This document shows positions 34,602-37,839 of a DNA stretch of 37,839 nt, in pieces. Below the pieces are notes generated by a model. The model did not search any database and had not been told where the DNA came from. It worked only from the letters and a program-made list of their open reading frames with translations. A program made the position numbers and the translations under genes. How positions within the stretch are numbered: the first letter of the stretch is position 1; each line of letters begins with the position of its first letter. Source of the stretch: a virus (taxonomy: Duplodnaviria; Caudoviricetes); IMG/VR virus record IMGVR_UViG_3300017589_000221, positions 1 through 37,839 of that record; one strand, written 5' to 3'.

Positions 34602-35747
34602 ATGGCAGTACACGAAGTAATAACAGACCTATATGTAGAATTGATTCCTTATAACGGTTTCTCTCCTTCGCAGATCGTGGCAAGGGCTACTCAGGTAGGG
34701 GGGTATCCTAAATATGACCAAAGCAGCTCAGCAGGAAAAGTAAGGGCATCAAGGAGTTCGTTTCCGCTCCTACAATCAATTATGGGTTACTCTCCGGGTG
34801 ACGGGGGTAGGCTGTTCCGGCAAAGGGCAGGGGGCAATCCGTCAGCCGCTTGGAGTGAAACAGAATCGGCTTTTGATTCTGCAACGGGGGTACTGAAGGT
34901 AGGTGAATCGCCTCGTTGGAACATTTATTCAGGCTACTCACCCGGAGAGTGGTTCCTCGATTTCGGGGCATTGAACTTTCGATTCTTCCGGAGTGAGAAT
35001 TATGTCACTAATGCCTTGAAAGAGTATGTATGTTTGCCTGATAAGTTTTTTGGTTACAACCATGCGGCCGAGACCCCCGATTTTCAGGTAAACGAATCTT
35101 TTATAGCTACAGACGGAGCCCTGACAGTATGGTTTATCATTCTGATCAATGAAATGAAATTTCCTGATACGGTTACGCATATACTTGCCGAAATTGTAGT
35201 AGAAACAAGCACTCAGACCGTTTTAATGGCTTTGGACTCGATAAGCAATGCAGGCCCTGTTGCCGCACAACCTGTGGTATTTTCGGGTGTTTCAGCAAAC
35301 TCTGGAACAGCTACTCTTTTTTGCTCAAATTCTTCCGGGACAAAACTTGCTTCAATGGGCAGAGTGTTTTCGCAGAAATCGTTTACAATAACTCATCACA
35401 CCGCTTGGAACTATCTGAGCCACCTGGTTGGTTCTTCGCTTGATGACAATGTTCAGATAGACGGAACAGTTACCTCTCCTTCAGGAACAGGTAACTACCC
35501 AATTTACGCAGGAGATAACCTATATAATGTTGTAATACGAATCAACACAGCCCTTTTACAGGGCAGCTATACGACAGCTTATTTTGATTTGTATCTGCAA
35601 AGTACGCTAAGAAGTGTGTTTATGGGTTCATTCCAAGTGCCAATAGGTACACCGTATGACATAATGAAAAACTCAATAGTATTCAACCCTGCTCTTGAAG
35701 GCGGGGAGAGTTTAAGTTTTGTAATAACAGGATTCACTTATTCATAA
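34602..35747 (+). CDS. Putative tail tip / receptor-binding protein
   Basis: 381-aa beta-rich ORF after the fibre gene; F.GYNHAA motif. Confidence 0.55.
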   Translation: MAVHEVITDLYVELIPYNGFSPSQIVARATQVGGYPKYDQSSSAGKVRASRSSFPLLQSIMGYSPGDGGRLFRQRAGGNPSAAWSETESAFDSATGVLKVGESPRWNIYSGYSPGEWFLDFGALNFRFFRSENYVTNALKEYVCLPDKFFGYNHAAETPDFQVNESFIATDGALTVWFIILINEMKFPDTVTHILAEIVVETSTQTVLMALDSISNAGPVAAQPVVFSGVSANSGTATLFCSNSSGTKLASMGRVFSQKSFTITHHTAWNYLSHLVGSSLDDNVQIDGTVTSPSGTGNYPIYAGDNLYNVVIRINTALLQGSYTTAYFDLYLQSTLRSVFMGSFQVPIGTPYDIMKNSIVFNPALEGGESLSFVITGFTYS

Positions 35748-35762
35748 TTAAAATATAAGACA

Positions 35763-35927
35763 ATGAAAGCATTAATTATCATCATCGTAGTAGTTCTCAT
35801 CGTTTGGGGGGCTCGCAAGTGGACTATCTCATTAATAGATAAAGCCTGGGGAGGAAAAGGAACAACTCCTTCAGAAAGCCCCAAACGGGACAATGACAAC
35901 AAGACCAAAAAGGACTTAGAACATTAA
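35763..35927 (+). CDS. Small single-pass membrane protein (54 aa, not in the ORF track)
   Basis: MKALIIIIVVVLIVWGARKWTISLIDKAWGGKGTTPSESPKRDNDNKTKKDLEH fills the intergenic gap. Confidence 0.6.
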   Translation: MKALIIIIVVVLIVWGARKWTISLIDKAWGGKGTTPSESPKRDNDNKTKKDLEH

Positions 35928-35946
35928 ACCATAAAAATCATAAATC

Positions 35947-36276
35947 ATGACAACAGAAAAATTAATCATCACAGAAGGTATTGAGGCAAACAAAATCACA
36001 ATCAGCCTTAACCTTGACGAAAAATCCCTCTATGTGAGAGGTATTCAAAACTTCACACTTGCCTCAGGCAAAGTAGTACAACCGGCATTAAATGACACCG
36101 AGATAGGAGCAATCAGGATAAAAGACCTGACAATGCAACTTGACAATGCAACAGAGGAGAAAAAAGCTGCTTTAGCTGCAAAGATTGTTGCTGCTGAGAA
36201 ATGCATCAATGCTGTTGCCTTTGCTGTTCAGACTTATCTCCAAGCAGAGTTCTTACTTAACAATCCGGAGGAATAG
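35947..36276 (+). CDS. Hypothetical phage protein
   Basis: 109-aa ORF in the late operon. Confidence 0.7.
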   Translation: MTTEKLIITEGIEANKITISLNLDEKSLYVRGIQNFTLASGKVVQPALNDTEIGAIRIKDLTMQLDNATEEKKAALAAKIVAAEKCINAVAFAVQTYLQAEFLLNNPEE

Positions 36277-36279
36277 GTT

Positions 36280-36687
36280 ATGATAAAGATTTCTAAATTA
36301 CAGACTCTTGTAGATCTGATTGAAAAACTCAGAACTAAATGCCTGGGCATGGATGATTTCACAAAGCTCATTTCTGAAAAACGTGCTCTTCGTGAGAAAA
36401 ATGATGGTTCAAAAGAAGCGGTCAGCGAACTTATGAAAAATCACAATGTGAAAATGAGTGACACTGATCCTCGTTTTTTTGATCCTGAAGTAACAGAAGA
36501 TAATGCCAAGGCATTTCAGGCAGCAATGAAGGAGTATGAGAAAAAAGAGATTCAAACAAAAAAATTCATTTCCAAGAAAAATCTCCTGGCCCTGAAGCAT
36601 GAAAATGATCTCACGATTGACGAATATGAGCTTCTCGTTGACGCTTTTGAAAAGGATGTCCCGGAAGAAAAGCCAAAGAAAAAATAA
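36280..36687 (+). CDS. Hypothetical phage protein, possible fibre chaperone
   Basis: 135-aa charged helical ORF 3 bp after the previous stop. Confidence 0.65.
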   Translation: MIKISKLQTLVDLIEKLRTKCLGMDDFTKLISEKRALREKNDGSKEAVSELMKNHNVKMSDTDPRFFDPEVTEDNAKAFQAAMKEYEKKEIQTKKFISKKNLLALKHENDLTIDEYELLVDAFEKDVPEEKPKKK

Positions 36688-36738
36688 ATTATTAACCGGT
36701 GCCTATAAAATAGGGCGGGCACCTTAAAACTACCCGGT

Positions 36739-37188
36739 ATGGATTGGTTAAATATTATAATACCCGGAATCACAGGAATATTAGGAATAGGCCTGGGAGG
36801 AACATTATTAAAATTCCTCATTTTTCCTCAGATTACAAAAAAAACAGAACAGGCCGGGGCAGACTCTTCCTGGTTGGCTAATCTTGAAAAAGTGTCAGAA
36901 CTGCAAGGCAATGCTCTTCTAAAGGCAACTGAAGAAAAAATTGCATTAGCTGAAGATAACTCTAAGCTTTTAACAGAGAATTATAACCTGAAGAGTAAAA
37001 TTTCAGAGTATGATTTTGAAATTTCTAACATTAAGAGAGTTCAGTCCGGCATGCAAAAGTCACAAAATGCAATTATTGGTCAGTTAAAGTATGCTCAGAA
37101 TCACATCTGCCTTGATCTGCCTTGTGAGGACAGAATACCCACATTAGGGACATATAAAGACAAAGAACATGAAAAAGAAAGTGTGTGA
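36739..37188 (+). CDS. Holin-like protein (single TM plus coiled coil)
   Basis: N-terminal hydrophobic Gly-rich helix, coiled coil and C-terminal C....C..R.P; precedes the endolysin. Confidence 0.6.
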   Translation: MDWLNIIIPGITGILGIGLGGTLLKFLIFPQITKKTEQAGADSSWLANLEKVSELQGNALLKATEEKIALAEDNSKLLTENYNLKSKISEYDFEISNIKRVQSGMQKSQNAIIGQLKYAQNHICLDLPCEDRIPTLGTYKDKEHEKESV

Positions 37189-37597
37189 AGGTAGGATATC
37201 CTCTCCCTATGGATTAAGAATCAATCCAAAAACAAAAGCGGCTGGATCCATGCATGAAGGTGTAGATATCGCCTGCCCCGTAAACACTCCCATTTATACA
37301 CCGGTCAATTGCGTGATTGAACAGGAGTATTTTCACAAAGATGGCGGTTTAACACTTGTTATCCGGGATGTATTCAACAATGATCGCTATGCGTTTTGTC
37401 ACCTTAATGCAGTAATGTATAATCGTGGCCAGAAGGTTGAAAAGGGGTGCATCATTGCCAAGTCTGGAAATACAGGGTTACACACAACAGGTCCTCATTT
37501 ACACTTCACCTATGCTACAGGCGGAACATGGAGTAATGGTGTCTGCAATAATTTTAAAAGAGTGGATCCAACAGATAAAATTGAATTTGAATTATGA
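37169..37597 (+). CDS. M23 family peptidase endolysin
   Basis: ISSPYGLR, HEGVD (HxxxD) and SGNTG..TTGPHLHF (HxH) motifs. Confidence 0.92.
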   Translation: MKKKVCEGRISSPYGLRINPKTKAAGSMHEGVDIACPVNTPIYTPVNCVIEQEYFHKDGGLTLVIRDVFNNDRYAFCHLNAVMYNRGQKVEKGCIIAKSGNTGLHTTGPHLHFTYATGGTWSNGVCNNFKRVDPTDKIEFEL

Positions 37598-37839
37598 GAA
37601 CAATTCTATTATTTATTATGATTGCTCTGCTCTCAGGATGTGGGCCGAGCAAAAAGGTCCTGAAAACGGACATTACAACAACAACCAATACAGAAACTAA
37701 AAGGGTTGATACATCGTCCGTAAAAGCGGCCTGGGAGGACATCTTAAATACTGTCGTTAGTAAAATAGATATGTCCAAAATAAGGATTACAACCTACTTT
37801 CCGACAATTGATAGTACGACAGGTAAGCAATTGGTTAAA
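37594..37839 (+). CDS. Lipoprotein, candidate spanin (3' truncated by the window)
   Basis: MRTILLFIMIALLSGC lipobox; ATGA overlap with the endolysin; frame open to the window end. Confidence 0.7.
   Translation, partial: MRTILLFIMIALLSGCGPSKKVLKTDITTTTNTETKRVDTSSVKAAWEDILNTVVSKIDMSKIRITTYFPTIDSTTGKQLVK

Larger units (their letters stand above)
108..37839 (+). mobile_element. Temperate tailed prophage, Bacteroidales-type, probably siphovirus; continues past the right edge
   Basis: Repressor switch, primase-helicase, S49 protease, capsid, terminase, portal, tape measure, tail and lysis genes in one block; no tail sheath gene recognised. Confidence 0.95.

Noticed and set aside
3713-37778. Short minus-strand and nested alternative-frame ORFs in the track (e.g. 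3713..3979, 8882..9340, 14701..14970, 32604..32837, 37425..37700)
   Set aside because: They lie within long, motif-bearing plus-strand genes and show no recognisable motifs

Overview
Nearly the whole window (about 108 to the right edge) is one AT-rich temperate tailed prophage of Bacteroidetes/Bacteroidales type, judged from TAnnTTTG promoters and the gene families present. Its left end sits at a 15-bp fragment resembling the 3' end of tmRNA. Left to right: att-like end, two lysogeny accessory genes including a lipoprotein, a CI/Cro switch with two 14-bp operators, early genes (LuxR-type regulator, N6-adenine methyltransferase with an internal G9 tract, DUF3846, ASCH-like), a primase-helicase, an inserted proteasome-beta/Ntn-hydrolase-like gene with a small basic partner, an iteron-rich origin-like region, a candidate late activator, S49 protease, capsid, probable tail tube, a frameshifted chaperone pair, terminase, portal, connectors, tape measure, tail tip and fibre genes, and a lysis cassette cut off at the edge. 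No integrase is visible; it probably lies beyond the right edge. Most notable: the Ntn-hydrolase two-gene insert, a diverged in-frame 156-bp duplication that creates a free 47-aa copy of the capsid N-terminus, a C-terminal domain shared by capsid and tail tube, a membrane leader on the tube protein, and a GTCCTTT-N24-TTTG late-promoter motif. All product calls come from motifs and synteny read by eye; no database searches were run.
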